NCBI GenBank assembly: GCA_002189035.1
Contig: CM007990.1
Span: forward strand, 2,356,001 to 2,420,000
Length of the DNA: 64,000 nucleotides
Direction: 5' to 3'
Source of the DNA: Utricularia gibba
Taxonomy: Eukaryota > Plantae > Magnoliophyta
The notes beneath the pieces are model-generated. The model was not told where the DNA came from, ran no database searches, and saw only the letters and a program-made list of their open reading frames with translations. The position numbers were made by a program, and so were the translations under genes. Shown piece after piece: positions 1 through 13,316 of the stretch (positions within the stretch are counted from its first letter, which is position 1; each line of letters opens with the position of its first letter).

Positions 1-838
1 TATTTGCTTTCCGTTTCATGAACATTTCAAGTTTCTGCATTTGACTTGTTTACAATGTTTCTGCCATTTTGGCCAACTTATATGAATGAAATCATGTTTT
101 ATTTCCCAAGTATGAGTGGCTAAAGTCTTAGAGATGGCTTAAGGTGAAGTGGGGTGGTGTGTGCTTAGGGTTGATGATGAAATTTATGTGTGTTCCTTAA
201 CTATTGTTTCTAACAAACCATGGGTCGACCTAAAGAGAGAAACAAATAGTTTCACAACTTAGATGCATGGTTTAGAGGTAGACCAACAAACCAATACGAG
301 AACAGCCGGTGTTAGTCCAAGGTGGAACCAGTGGAACTGGGTAAACCTAGTTCTATATGCTTTGCATGCGGGTAGATCTAATTGCAATGTTGGTTATAAT
401 ATTTGAGACTAGTTTAGCCGAAAATATGATGAATGACATGGGTAGACTTAAGTTATTTGAACTTGTGAGTGTAGGAAGATGGTAAATTAAGTTAGAGACT
501 TTTGCATAACACCACCTACAGATCCTTAAGGCATCCTCGTATTATTCTAAGTTAGAACCGGTACCTGTCACTTTAGCGTTGAAACCTAATATTACTTACC
601 TACCTCGTTTACTGAACTTGTTTACCACTATTAGTCCACGCTTAGACTATGACCTACTGTTATCCGAAATTATGCATGTACTAAAACACTTAGCAAGCAC
701 AAGCTCTTCGTGATCGATCCCGATATCCACTATACAAGTTTTCTAAATTTGTATTTTGTGTAGATTAGGGATTATAAATTTATTTGATAACGAAATTTCT
801 ATTTTTGTGCAACGACATTAGGAAATTTTCGTTTATCA
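1..838 (+). mobile_element. 3' part of an Athila-type LTR (family 1, copy A); left end lies outside the window
   Basis: Colinear with the 3' half of 15501-16884 and the reverse complement of 4693-6072 and 34092-35421. Ends ...ttttcgtttatCA at 838. No PBS follows, so it is a solo or 3' LTR. Confidence 0.85.
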
Positions 839-939
839 TGTCAAAAACATTTTATTGACTAAAAAATTACTTTAGAACTAACTTTTTCTTATTGGACAAA
901 CAACATATAAATATAAGGGAGTTAATAAACGATTTTTTT

Positions 940-1620
940 ATCGTTCTAAAAAATATTTTTTACATAACACTTTAAAATATTTTTTACCTACTTTTTGCTT
1001 TATTTTCTATAATTTTTTATTAATTTTACATCTTTTATACTAATTTGATCTTTTTGAATAAAAGTATATTTTATAAACTTTTTGGGACATTTTCAAACCG
1101 ATTGGAAAAGAAATCAAAACCTAACAATTTATGAATTTTTAAATCTATAAAATTGGATCCAAAAGGAGGTCCAAGAATAAAAATTTGCACAAGATTTAAG
1201 TTTTAGATAAAGTTTTGAAGATAATCTCTATAATTTGAAATTTTGTTTCATGATTGAAATCCACTAATCTTGCATTTATAGATGTGAGCTCTTTGACTAT
1301 TGTAAGATTTGGATAAAAGATAAATAAAAAATATTTGATTCAAGTCTATCAAACAATTGTAATAGAAGATTTAAATCTTCTCCTCCATAAATATCTCTGT
1401 ATTTTAACGTGTGTTTAAGGATCTATGATGAAGCGGTGTTTGTGCGAATCGATATATGTATGATTATCTTACTATATTTTTTCATATTTAATTTGAAGGT
1501 TTATTTTTTTTTTTTTCAAGCTTGTGCAAGCCTTGTTCCAAGCCAATATTCTTATTGCTCATATCTATCTTTTAGTTTTTGTGTCATTTATTCTTAGTCT
1601 ATTTTTAGAATATCCAAAAT
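940..1620 (+). mobile_element. Heavily eroded copy of the family-3 LTR
   Basis: 'aattttacatcttttatactaatttgatctttttgaataaaagtatattt' (about 1022-1070) and 'taaggatctatgatgaagc' align by eye with 59975-61123 and 31715-32856. Boundaries approximate. Confidence 0.5.
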
Positions 1621-2479
1621 TATCAATTTAATGCACATATGATCTTTTTTATTATTGTGATAGTTTTTGTGCATTTACAAAATTAACATGACATAGCATG
1701 ACCCATTAGTTGATGTGATAGGTGTGCACTTGTATACAACAAAGAAAGACATTGATGAGAGAAGGACTTGGGTTACATGCTTGGACGACCCCAAGCATTT
1801 CCTCATCAAGTGAGTTGTTTTCAATTATAATTCACATCTTTCGTATATTTTTAGAGCCTCAATTAATGCTTTTAAGTGGCTCCCTCATCTAGCTTGTATG
1901 TGGTCATGATGAAGGAAAAGTTGATAAGCTCTAGGACCTTCAACAAAAAGGCATCTCTTGTAGAAGAGAGAAAAAGAATAGAGAGATGAAGCTATTGAGT
2001 AGGTGGTCAAGGAAAAAGATGAAAGAGATAAAGATGGAGGTTGAACTTTTCCAAATTTAGAAGTGTTTGATGCAGCTAACATTGAAGTTAGAAGCCAATG
2101 CCCAAGAGGAGCACTGCCAACCCCGCAGCTTCCTCTTGTGTCATCAGAATGCATAGATAGCTAATTTCTTTGAGCTAGAGCTGATCAATTAGATATTAGA
2201 ATAGCTAACATGGTTTAAGGGGCATTTCCAACCCGTAGTGCTCCCTCAATTGGATACTTCTTAAATCTTCCCCCAAGTAATGGAGGGGCTCAAGAATCAT
2301 CTCTAGTGACCATGGAATAAATCTATGAGATTGATTTAGAGTTCTTAACCTACTTGGGAATAACCTATCGTAGGTAAAGAAAACAAGATCATACATGTTT
2401 TCAATGCAATGACTTATTTGAGGGGATGAAAAATACACAAATGTCAGCCGCCCTTTGAAATGGTAAGATCTGACAAATG

Positions 2480-2810
2480 AAATGGAAAATTCTTATTTAA
2501 GGTGATTTCGGATAGAGAAACCCATGCTTGAGAGAAGGAAGAGTTTTTGCAAAAGAATTTTCATACTCTTTCTAGGTTTTCCTCATATTGGGTTGTATCA
2601 AGAACCTATTGTCTTCCTTCTTTATAATGGAAAACCATTCCTCCTAGTGTGTGAGCACATTGGGTTTACATAAAACGACACCTCTCACCCTTGAGTTTAT
2701 TTACACTGGTCCCTATGGGTTTCTTTTTACATGCTTGCAACCTCCCAACCAAATGAGGGCTTAGAGTTGTGTTTGAGTTCTAAACCCATGTAAAACCCAA
2801 TCAAACAATC
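2480..2810 (-). mobile_element. Probable LTR remnant (copia-like)
   Basis: On the minus strand an 'agggat|TGtttg' PPT/LTR-like junction near 2806-2812 is followed by TATA-like 'ttataaagaagg'. No partner LTR or TSD seen. Confidence 0.3.
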
Positions 2811-3149
2811 CCTTAGGGATTCGGATCAACATCAGACAAATGTACCACAATTTGGACATAGTCAAGAGGCATTTTCCCCATGGCATCGAACCCTAAATGC
2901 ACGAGACACCAACACTTCTTCTGGAATTTAGATAAGAATAAGGGAATAAAGAAATGGAAATAGGTGAAAATGGTTGCAGCAATGTGGTAGCCACCTTTTA
3001 GACCAATGGCATTGCTCAAGGTGGAGAAAGAGGGTTAAGACACCATAACATTGAGGATAAGTATCACTTAAAGCGGTATAAGAATAAAAATCAAGCATTG
3101 AACCACTTGTAAGCTCCAAAAATTGAAGAAAACTCATTAACAACAAGTT

Positions 3150-6100
3150 GGAATTAATTTAGTTTGTGCCCAAATCACAAGAGGAACTAAATTTGTTTGA
3201 TCCTCCAACACTCAAGGCAATCTACCAAAGAGTACTCATTATGGAAAAAAGGGTGTTATTGCTATTCATGGGGTCAACTCTATTGGATCGGAAAATCAGC
3301 TCACCAGTCATAGGGGCTACAACCATTCCCGAATCTAGTACGAAGTGCTCTGCCAATGGTATGAAGTGTTATGCATGTGGTGAATTTGGACATAAATAGT
3401 CTAAATGCAAATGTGGAGGAAAAAGAACAATGGTTGTAGTGGAGGAAAATATGTTTGAAAATTGTTTTGTAAATCATGATGACGAAGAATATGTGGAAGG
3501 AAATGTTGGTAGAGCATTGGTGACTCAATGACTCTACTTGACTTCGGAAACTCATGAGGATGAGTGTTGGTTGCAAAATAACATCTTCCTATCTACATGC
3601 AACATTTAGGATCAAGTTTGAAAATTCATCATTGATAGTGGAAGCTTTGACAATTTTACTTCAAAAAGATGTCATCCACAAGTTAAACATTCCCATTGAG
3701 CCGCTCGAAATAACCTATCAACTCTTTTAGCTAGAGAGGAAGGAAATGTTAAGTGTAGAAAAGAGGGCTCTTATTACCTTTTCAGTACAAAAGAACTATA
3801 AGGATGCTATTTGGTGCGATGTTGTTAAGATGAATGTTGGTCATTTAATCTTGGGATCTTGGCAATTTGATCATAATGTATACCATCAGGTTGTAATAAT
3901 ACCTATACTTTTTGATTCAATAAGGTGAGGATAGTTTTGAAAATAAGATGAATGAAGTTGGATTTATTTCTAGGCAGCAAAATGGAAGCAGAGGTGAAAT
4001 ATGAAAGTCCATATTATCTGTTATGTTTCATGCTCACAACTGACATAAAACATCATGAGGAAGCTCTATCCATAATAGAGGAATTCCATATAGTATTTTT
4101 GAATGAACTCCCATATGGTTTACCTCCATTTCAAGATATTCTACATCAAATTAACCTTGTACCAAGGACAACCTTACAAATAGTTTACACTATTGATCAA
4201 TAGAATTACAGTCAAATATGAAGAAATCAGAAAACAAGTGGAAAAGTTGATCAAGAAAGTTTAAGCCCTTGTATTGTCCTTGACATTTTGGTACCGAAGA
4301 AGGAAGGAACTTGGAGGATGTGTATGGATAGCAAGCGTTAAATAGAATTACAATCAAATATTGTTTTCCCATTTCTCGGTTGGATGAGCTTTTAGATCAG
4401 ATCAATCATTCGACTATCTTTACAAAACTGAACCTCAAAAGTGAATACAACCAGTTTCAGATCAAGCTCGAAGACAAGTGGAAGATCGCATTTAAGATTC
4501 GTAAAGGTCTATACAAATGGTTAGTAATACCATTTGGGATCTCAAATGCAGCAACTACTTTTATGAGGATCATGACCCACCTATTGCGATCGTTCATTGG
4601 CAAGTTTCATGTCACTTATTTCAATGATATTTTAATTTATAGTCCTGATCATGTGTCAAACTTATAGCACATAAGGGAAGTATTGGAAGTTCTGATAAAC
4701 GGAAATTTTAGCAATGTCGTTTCAAATAAAGCAAATCTCCGTATCAAATAAATTTATAAGCCCTAATCTGCACAAAATACAAATTTAAAAAACTTGTATA
4801 GTGAATGTCGGGGTCGGTCACGAAGAGCTTGTGCTTGCTAAGTGTTTTAGTAAATACATAATTCCGAATAATAGTGAGTCTTAGTCTAAGCTCGGATCAA
4901 CATTGGTAAGCAAGTTCGGTAAACAAGATCAGTAAACAATATTAGGTCTTAACGCTAAAGGTAACAAGGACTGGTTCTAACTCAGAATAATACGAAGATG
5001 CCTTAAGAATCTGCAGGTGGTGTGGTGCTAAAATGCCTAACTTAAATTACCATGTTCCTACACTCACAACTTCAAATAACCTAAGTCTACCCAAGTCATT
5101 TGTCATATTTTAGGCTAAACTAGTCCCCAATATCATCCAAACCTTACAATTAGGTCTACCCGCATGCAAAGTGTATAGAACTAGGTCTACCTGATTCTAC
5201 TGGTTCTACCCTGAACTAATACCTATTGCGCCCGCTTTGATTTATTGGTCTACCTCTAAACTAAGCTTCTTAGTCGCGAAGTTACTTGTTTCCCTCCTTA
5301 GGTCTACCCATGGAATGATAGAAACAAGAACTAAAAAACAATGATGAATTTTACTAAGAATCCTAGACCCACACCACTATGCTTCACCTTAAGGCATCCC
5401 TAGGGTTCTAGCTACTCATACTTTGAAGGTAAAACATAATAATATTAACATAAAACAATGAAAATGTCAAGAACATCATGAAAAAGTTAAGTACAGAAAC
5501 TAAAAACATCAACAAACTAAAATAAAGTAGTAAAAGTTCGGTTCTGCGCTTGCTACTGTTCCCTGGCCGGAACAATAGCGCTGGACTGGGCTCTGATGTT
5601 GTTCTTGAGGATGAAGTTCTTCTTCTCCTCTTCTGATTGTTGTTCTTTGTTCTGGAGGTGTTGTTGTCGATGGAGAAATCGTTCTCCCCCCACGTTGGAG
5701 GTTGGTGGAGTTGGAGGGAAAACCCTATGTGTGTGTTCTCAAAAGTTTCTTGTCTCCTTGCGATTCTCTCTCCTCTCACTGCCCAAGGCAAGTACATTTT
5801 CTGACTGCTATCGGGACAGTGTATTCATTGCTTCATGATGTGCGGTGACTTGCACGAAATCCTTGACTTTTCCATGATTTCCGGTAGCTGTTGGGCTCAA
5901 ATTGGGTTAGAATATGCGTGGACTAAATCAAAGGATTTAGCCCACTAACACACCAAAAATCACGTTTTCCTAAATTACATAAAAATACTTAAAACTATAA
6001 AATAAACAACTAAACATAATTAAAAACTCATGAATTTCGTATCCTAAAAACATGAAAATTTGTGTGCTATCAAGTTCTCAAAACAAAACAATTTTGTGTT

Positions 6101-8681
6101 GCCAAATATAAATGCTCCTTCCTACAAGATAAAGTTTTGTTTTGCGGTATTATGTTTTTGGAGCTGGTTTAGAAGTAGATCAATCAAAGGTTGAAGCAAT
6201 CCGAAGTTGGCCCACCCCTACCATTCTAACTGAAATTCAAAATGTTCAAGGATTGACATCCTTTTATGACATTTCATCCCTCATTTCAGTCAACTAATGG
6301 CCCTAATTGTTGTTGTCTTAAGAAAAATCATTTTTAGTGGTCTGACGTAGTTGAAAGTGCTTTCAAAAGCTTCAAGGAAAAAATATCTTCAATTCCACTT
6401 CTAGCATTACCAGATTTCTAGGAACCATTTGAGCTACATTGTGATGCTTCGAATGTTGGTATTAGTGTGGTTTTGAGTCAAGGAGGCCACCTAATAGTTT
6501 ACTTCAGCAAAAAGCTTATAGATAGCCAATTAAATTATAGTGCTTATGAAGCTGAATTTTGTGTTCTTGTACACGCAATGAACCATTGGATACACTATCT
6601 GTTTCATAAAGAGTGTATTTTATGGATTGATCATGACTCTCTAAAGCACCTCAATAGTCAAGATAAGATTTCGATTCGCCATGGTCATTGGGTGGCCTTC
6701 TTACAGCAGTTTTTGTTTGTCACCAAATATAAGAGTGGGGTTCAAAATCGTGTGGCGGATGCTTTCAATCGGCAGCGAGCTTGTTTGACTACATTGCAAG
6801 TATAGGTTATGTTATGATTCTATATGAGATACTTATGAATCTGACCCTTATTTTGCACATATACTACAACAACTACTTCAAGGAGCTGTGAGTGATTACA
6901 ATTTAGAAAATGGTTATTTTTTTAATTGATGTCGACTATGTATTCTCGACTCTAGTTTGAGACTTCAATTAGTTCAAAATCTACAAGAGGAAGGTCATGT
7001 TTGGACTGACCGGACTTTGTTCTTGATTAGTTCATCCTATTTTTGGTCGGGGCAACAACATGTTATTCGCTTTGTATGTGGTTGCCAAGTTTTTTAACAA
7101 AGCAAAGAGGCAACTACTAATGTAGTTTTGTACCAACCCTTGCGTTTTTCTTAACAATCTTGGATTGATCTTAGCATAGATTTTGGATTGGGATTGCTAA
7201 GAACACAGAAAGGGATGGACTTGTGATCAATCATTCCTCTAAAATGGTCCATTTCATTTCATGTAAGAAGATAATGGATACCAATCAAGTGGTTCAATTA
7301 TTTTTTAGGGAGATATATTGACTCCATGCCTTTCCGACGAGCATATTTTCTGGTCATGATACTAGATTTTTGGGCATTTTTGGCATAGTTTGTGGTGTAT
7401 GGTTGGGACAAAGTTGAACTTTAGCTCAACATATCATTCAGAAATAGATGGGCATACTGAGAATGTAAATCATTCTTTGGGAAATCTTGTGTTGTTTGGT
7501 GATGGCACAAGAAAAGTCATGGGATATCCTCTTGAGTCAAGCTGAATTTTCTCACAATCATGCTTGCAATTGAAGTATTGAATTAAGCCCTTTTCAGGTA
7601 GTATATTCAGTCTTATCCTGTGGTTCAACTGACCTAGCGACACTGCATGACTCTACTAGATTACATAGCAATGCCAACGGCTTTGTAGAGGCCTTGCAAT
7701 AGACTCACAAAATGGTTTATGAGCATCTCACTACTGCTAAGAAGTACAAACAAGATGCTTACTGATCACGACGTCATATTGAATTAGTTGTTAGAGACCT
7801 TGTCTAGGCTATCTTGGGCAAAACACGTATTCCAACTTATGAATATCACAAGTTATATGACTAGAAAATGGGCTCAATAGAAGTTATAAAGTACATCAAC
7901 GCTAATGCTTATTGTATCCATCTCCCAACACACATTCATATATCCTTTGTATCCAACGTATAGCACATGCTTCCTTATCACCCACCTATGAACTCAATGG
8001 CAAGTTCTTCAACCCCTAGAGGAGATGATGAAAGTAACCAATGGGCTTCAACCCATGCTATTACTCAAGGGGCCCGGTATCACCTTAACTTGTAAGGAGT
8101 AGCATAAGGGCATTCAATGGAGAGGGAAACGTGGCTTTGGACATCTGGTACATCTTCAATATTCTTTTCCTAAAACTTCATTACCATGAATTCGGAGTCT
8201 AGGAATCAACCAACCCTGAGTTACTTGGTTTTTCAAGGAAGGTGTTCTATTTGAGCAGTGGTAATACTTCACCGTTATCCTCCCTCATTTCCATTATCAT
8301 ATTTATCGATAGGTCTTCTGTTCTATGACCTATTGTTTCCTTTCTATGTATTGACTATCATTTTCCCATATCTGTGACTGGGTTTTGTGTCTTGGAATTT
8401 ATTCGTTGGCTTGAACATTCTTGGGTATTGAGTGAATTCAGTTGTTTTTTTATTTAGTAGTCAATCCTCCTCTTTCATTTGCATCATGTTTCCTCATTTT
8501 TGAACAAGGAAAAAGTTTCCAAAAGTGATTATTTCCACATGACTCTCTTGCTATTTTTTTGTTAAGTTATTTGTGGTGCAGAATGCTGTGATTGATTTAG
8601 AAGCCTTTGTGTAAGTTTTGGATGGATAATTATTTATGTCAATTCTGCTTTGAGGCAACTCTTTATAAGTAATACGCATCA
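3150..8681 (+). mobile_element. Decayed Ty3/gypsy retrotransposon, CRM (centromeric chromovirus) lineage, interrupted by a solo LTR at 4693-6072
   Basis: Gag 'LNLFDPPTL..IYQRVLIMEK' and zinc knuckle CYACGEFGHK*SKC. Protease 'FIIDSGS...IWCDVVKMNVGHLILG'. RT 'VIPFGISNAATTFMRIM...YFNDILIYS' (YFDD motif mutated). RNase H 'NYSAYEAEF...DHDSLKHL...NRVADA'. Integrase fragments at about 6850-8000 ending 'KMGSIEVIKYINANAY'. PPT-like 'agaggaga' then TGATG at 8026; a putative 3' LTR end CATCA at 8681 is uncertain. Many stops and frameshifts. Confidence 0.85.
4693..6072 (-). mobile_element. Athila-type solo LTR (family 1, copy B), 1380 bp
   Basis: Termini TGATA...TATCA with exact TSD AGTTC at 4688-4692 and 6073-6077. 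Removing it restores the host RT reading HIREVLEVLKTK. Confidence 0.93.
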
Positions 8682-9429
8682 GTTAGTTCGAGGTTGAGAA
8701 AATGAAAGAAAATGTATGAGGGGTTGAAATCTAGTGAGGTTGGTGAAGGTGGTGGATCCCTTTTTCTGATTTTGTGATGTTAAGGCTAAATAGACCTCTT
8801 ATCTTTAGTTTCTAAGGTTGATAGACCGAGCTTACTAAGAGTAAGAGGGCATAACCATGCGCATAAATGATCATATAGCTAATGGACTCATAAGTCCTAA
8901 ATGTTTCATGTTTTATGCGGTCTCTTTCTTGTATTGCTTTCCATTAGAATGATATTGACTGCTCTGCATACTTCTCTTATTATTGGAATGTGTTTCAGTA
9001 ACTTGAATACTGAAAACCATTTCAAGTGGCTAGCGACAGAAGGAAGACTAGGAGCTATGATCCAATTCTTAAGATAAAAATGAGGGCAACTATTTTAAAG
9101 TTGATGTCATGCACATTTACTTTTGTTGTGTGATGTGAACTTAGGTAGCTATGCAGGGGGATGTGTAAAAAAACTAAACTATGTTTTGTTGTGACTTATC
9201 TTAATGTCTTGTATTTAATTTAATTTTTCAAGACTTTAGAGTAATAAAGTTTCTTAACTCCTTTAGGTCATGGGTTTGAAGCTTTAAGCTCATATTTGAG
9301 TTTTCTATGAGGTAATAGGATGTTATACCTTATAGTTTTTCTTGGAATCATGGCATTAAGGCTTGAATTCATAAAGATATAGATCTCGGCCTTGACAATT
9401 TGTTTCAGGGAATATTCAAAGGAATTAAA

Positions 9430-10120
9430 GCACTTCCCTGGGTGGATCCCCCTTTCTCATCAGCAATATCCTCCTCATCCGTAGCATGGCTTCCACTCAC
9501 TAGATACTTTAACCCCCCATCTTAACCAATTGAAGTCTAGGACACAAGGGGTTAGTATTGTGAGAGGACAAAATTGATCCTTTTATGTAACCCATGCGAG
9601 AATTAGTCCTATATCGTCTAATTAAAAATATTGGAGATATAAGTCCACCCTCTTGCCCAATAGCACTTAATAAACTCCTCGTGAGAACCCAATGCGAGAA
9701 TCCAATGGAGTTTGTGCCCTAGTGATGCAGCATTCTCTGGCTACTATGTGATAGATTTTCCCTAAGAAAAGAAGAAATCTGGCCACTCTAGGATAGTATC
9801 ATAAAAGTTGGCAAAAGGTTACAAACTTAAGATATAACTTTTTGTTGGTATAAATACTATATGAAAAACCAACGAGCAGACTGTTCGATGTGCTTCAGGA
9901 GACTTCAAACAGAATTTTTTGGGGGGCATCCCAACGGACTCCAAGACTGCCGATCACGTTTTTGGATTTCTTTAGTGAACTCTTTGTAAGACCCTAAGTT
10001 TCTTAGGAATCTTTAGTAAAATCTTCCTTTATGTGTAGTGCAACCTCAGTTTTTCATGTTTTCAGGGTTTATTGTTTTCCTACCTCTTTAATAGGAGAGT
10101 TCATATGCAACTATTGCTTT
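9430..10120 (+). mobile_element. Possible decayed LTR fragment
   Basis: TATA-like 'ggtataaatac' (about 9847) followed by a T-rich U5-like tract. No termini or TSD identified. Confidence 0.25.
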
Positions 10121-10514
10121 TCTAGTCATCATGCGCTCAAGTATGGGTGCTCGCGTCAGCAACGAGCTCCTTCATTCACTCACTCTTTCTTACCCCACCC
10201 TCCGGGGAAGATCGGTTGACGTTTCATCGTAATGTCTAGCTAAACAAAGCATTGATTTCTGCCTGCATAACCGTGTTTTGAGAGTGGGATTGAAAACTGT
10301 ACGCCATAAAATCCTAATCGTGGGCTTCCATAGCCATTCTTGTCGGAAGAAGAAAAATCCCCTAGCAGTGCAGTTTGGGATGCCACTGGATCTCATAAAT
10401 CACGTCTGAAACACAAGCACAGTCACGACATAAAACATGCAGTAAAATAAATAATACGCTGTCAACCTCGCCATCAGAACAAATAGCGCAAAAGGCAACT
10501 CTTTCGAACAGCAC

Positions 10515-11908
10515 TCATGAAGCTGCAAGCACCTGTTGAACCAGAGGAATGACACTTAGAGCATCTTCGAATTCTGTGCTCTCATTCTCACCAAGCCTCT
10601 GCAGCTCATCCTGGAGGCAAAAAGCAATGGATAAACAAAATATGCCTCAGATAGATACTTTGATTCAAGATCAATATGGCATCAAGTTGAGCCACGTATA
10701 TCAATTGTTTGGTTACACTTGTTTGAAACTGCTTCGTGTGGAAGTCTAAAAGTTAGGAGTTTCCACCTTCAAGTTTTTACCCCAACTGGCCAATGAGCTT
10801 CGAAACATTGAAGTTCAAAATTTTGAAGAGCGCTTGGAAACAATGTCCAGCATGGGCGTAAGAGTTATTCCTAAGAATCTAAATATACATTTGACAAGGG
10901 CTGTGGCAGCAGGATGAGCGAAGCTCCAATGATAAAAGTTGGTACGTTGAAATTAAAAATAGATTCCACACATCAGGCATAACATGAAAGAATGAGACAT
11001 GACATACCAAAGTTGCTTGAAGGTCGGACAGAGCATTCTCAAGGCGCTTGCGGCAGTCAGGAACCATCATCTTAGATTCAGCCAGCACATTTTCCTAATA
11101 AAAGCTCATTGAAAAAAATTCAGAACGGTTATCAACTAGCGTGTGTTGATATGGGAATAAGAAGGATGATTTGCTACATTCATAATCTACCATTCAAAAT
11201 AAAATCTATGTGAATTAGCACAACAAAAGGAGACTCTATCAAGACGATGCTAGGCAAGCAGTTGTCTGTTCAGAAATTCTAAAATGAAGAATATCACATT
11301 GAAAATTTCAAGATTCCCAAAGTATGGCTTCATAAAAATTTAAATTCTGAGCCCTCTTTCCTCTATGTGCCTTCTATTTCTAAGGATTTCCGTTGGTTTT
11401 TACAACAGAATTAAAGTTCACTCACAGATTTATCCCACTGTCTTTTAATCCTCCCATCTAAACAAGACGAAAAAAGGAGGGGTGTAATACATCTCTTGAA
11501 AGGCACCGACAACTGAATAGGTTGCAAATTCAGACAGACGATATTCACAACCTTAAGAAATTCAAGTACAAACAATCAACACTTCCATAATAAAGAATAG
11601 TTTCGGGCAGATCAGCACTGACATTTCCAATTATGAATAAATGAGAGAAGAAAATGCAATCACCCCGACAATGGACCATAAAGTAGCGGTTGAAAGAAGA
11701 AAGGATCAGATCGAACGGAAAGTTACAGTGAATGAGATAGTAGGAAGTCGCAGACCTGCTGCTTGATATCGTAGGGATCAGCACCTCTAGACTTCATATC
11801 GGCGGTTTTCGCAGCCTCAACTTCGACCTCTTTCTCATACAATTGTAGCTCCTTGGCGATTCTCCTGCAGCTAGATGTCTTGATCTTCAAATTCCGCATC
11901 GACGCCAT
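10515..11908 (-). CDS. TFCA: Tubulin-folding cofactor A (TFC-A / KIESEL-like), 111 aa
   Basis: Exons 11908-11756, 11094-11008 and 10610-10515, all GT-AG and phase 0. Spliced product MASMRNLKIKTSSCRRIAKELQLYEKEVEVEAAKTADMKSRGADPYDIKQQ|ENVLAESKMMVPDCRKRLENALSDLQATL|DELQRLGENESTEFEDALSVIPLVQQVLAAS* matches the plant TFC-A pattern (LKIKT..C.RI.KEL..YEKE; GADPYD.KQQENVL.ES.MM.PDC). Confidence 0.95.
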
Positions 11909-12199
11909 TTGCGCCGCGTCTTCGCCTTTCGTGGCTCGCTAAAGGGTGGATGACTGAAGCAGGATGCGAATCTCAGCAAAATGGAAAACAAGACTCCCTT
12001 TTACGCTGCTTGGGTACATATTTCTAATTTACATTTGAATTATTTGGATATATTTAAAAGAAATTGATGGGTGTTGATGTGTGTATAGTATAAAGATTTG
12101 TATTATCTAAATTTATTTTTTTATCCCATGTTTGATATGAAGATGTAAAATAAAAATTTAAATCGATAAACATCATTTCATGTTACTGATGTTTATACG

Positions 12200-12368
12200 C
12201 TTACTTAGGCTAGACTCCTAATAAGTTTACATCACTTCACATATTAAACATGAAGTGATGTGAAGTGATATTATAAGTTTAAAATACTTTAGTCATCTCC
12301 ATGTTATATATTGAAGCTTTAGTAGAGCTCTTGCATTACACTTCATAGTGGGCTCTAGCCTAAGTAAG
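12200..12368. repeat. 169-bp foldback (MITE-like) element with perfect 15-bp terminal inverted repeats
   Basis: CTTACTTAGGCTAGA (12200-12214) is the exact reverse complement of TCTAGCCTAAGTAAG (12354-12368). Internal 12-bp inverted repeat at 12231-12242 / 12258-12269. No clear TSD. Confidence 0.7.
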
Positions 12369-12419
12369 ATCCATACAAGGTTGTGATTCCTGCTTTGGTA
12401 GGGAATTCAATCCTCATAT

Positions 12420-12960
12420 GTACTGAAGAGAGTACCATCTTGAAGGAATTTATTCTTCTCCATAAGATGTTTTAGGCCATCTGAGATCACACCGTAATGA
12501 ACTCATATTCTTGTGAGCAAGGGAATTTCCATACTCAAGGGTGACGTTCAGCACTGTTTTGCTCACTGGGGAGATTGCATGTCGATGGAAAGACCACATA
12601 TTTGCTTCGAAGGGTAGGATATCCTCCTTTGTTATCCCCAATTGTTGAAAAAGCTTGTTACTAATGAGGTTCAAGAACTACCTTGATTTAGTGAAATGTG
12701 GTTGATTCTGGTAATCATTGTGTAAATACTGATGACCGAGGGATTGTAATTCGGTCCAAGTAAATCTATGGCATTCTTCGAGCAAAAAGTTATTCGCATA
12801 TTTTCCCGAGTCTGGAAGAGAGGGAATTATCAATGAGTAGGTGGCTCGTCTAAGCATGTGCCGCTTCTACCTCGATGGTACCATCTCATTTCGTCAGGCC
12901 AAAAGTATCTTGAATGTTCGTTGTGTTATCGATGGGGTTCCTTCGAAGATGCCTCGGGCT
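12420..12960 (-). pseudogene. Tat/Retand-type Ty3/gypsy gag-protease relic
   Basis: Minus-strand translation 'ITFCSKNAIDLLGPNYNPSVISI...ISLNQGSS*NLISNKLFQQLGITKEDILPF...KTVLNVTL' parallels the Tat consensus 'ITF..ED...PHNDPLVI...VLVDNGSS.DIL....F.QMG'. The catalytic Asp is lost. Confidence 0.6.
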
Positions 12961-13316
12961 GTTACTAGTGCCCCATCTCAGGAACACCATGCTTCTCTTA
13001 AGTGGGGACTACAAAATACCACGAAGAAGCTAGAAGAGCTATGATATGTATATACAAGCTCCATAAAACGATGGATACAATATCAGAAAACTATGGGTAA
13101 AATTTGCATGACTTATTTCATAATTTCTACTTAATTTATAAGTAGAAGTTATTAGAAAGTAGAACCTAAATAAGTAGCTGTGGTTTACACAACTTATTAT
13201 TTAAGTAAAAAAAAATTTTAAATAGTTGCAAATAAATATACATAGATTATAAATGAGTAAAATTTAACCTTAAAGTACTATATTACCCTTATTTTAAACC
13301 CAAATAAGTAACTGTG

